A DNA stretch of 64,000 nt, taken from positions 597,992 through 661,991 of the forward strand of contig NIVC01000105.1 in assembly GCA_002269645.1 (NCBI GenBank). The letters run 5' to 3'. The translations under genes and the position numbers were made by a program. Below are positions 63,780 through 64,000 of this stretch, in pieces. The first letter of the stretch is position 1. Each line of letters begins with the position of its first letter. Origin of the DNA: Macrostomum lignano. Lineage: Eukaryota. Below the pieces are notes generated by a model. The model did no database searches. It saw nothing but the letters and a program-made list of their open reading frames with translations, and had not been told where the DNA came from.

Positions 63780-64000
63780 TCGACTTATGCAAATAGCATT
63801 CAGCTTGAACTGTAGGGGACGTAACTATGGTAGTAATGGCTACTTTGATGCTATCGAGGTATCACTTTTCCTTACTGCACATATGTACATAATGATGCGG
63901 AAAATGTATCATTCAATCAACTTGGGGTTCCAGCTGTACGTTAAGTGAACAGTTTTAAAAAAATTATGCTGCACCCAGTACTCAACAGTTTACGAGGTTA

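Overview
Eukaryotic (metazoan) genomic DNA with GC-rich exons, poly-Q/poly-A tracts and introns packed with minisatellites. This pattern suggests a flatworm such as Macrostomum, which is inference only. No prokaryotic features (CRISPR, rRNA, tRNA) are supported. Host genes I can reconstruct with phase-consistent splice sites: a 6-exon VEPH1/melted orthologue (13314-21227,+), HTATSF1/Tat-SF1 (26049-29038,+), a vestigial/VGLL gene (44275-49185,+) and a 2-exon orphan class A GPCR (51735-53591,+). There is also a LOTUS/OST-HTH-domain ORF (62661-63779,-). The first 12 kb hold two abutting DNA transposons. The first is a Mutator/NOF-like element with perfect 147-bp TIRs and a broken transposase (660-5689). 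The second is a coding-intact PIF/Harbinger element (5690-12038, TTA TSD) whose right end has been replaced by a 1.69-kb inverted copy of its own left end. Also present: a CACTA-like non-autonomous element, a solo LTR, two MITEs, a 166-bp palindrome and more than 20 distinct tandem arrays, several built from splice-site-like units. Most long ORFs in the supplied track are artefacts of these arrays. All alignments were done by eye and family names come from recalled motifs, not database searches. Array copy numbers are approximate.
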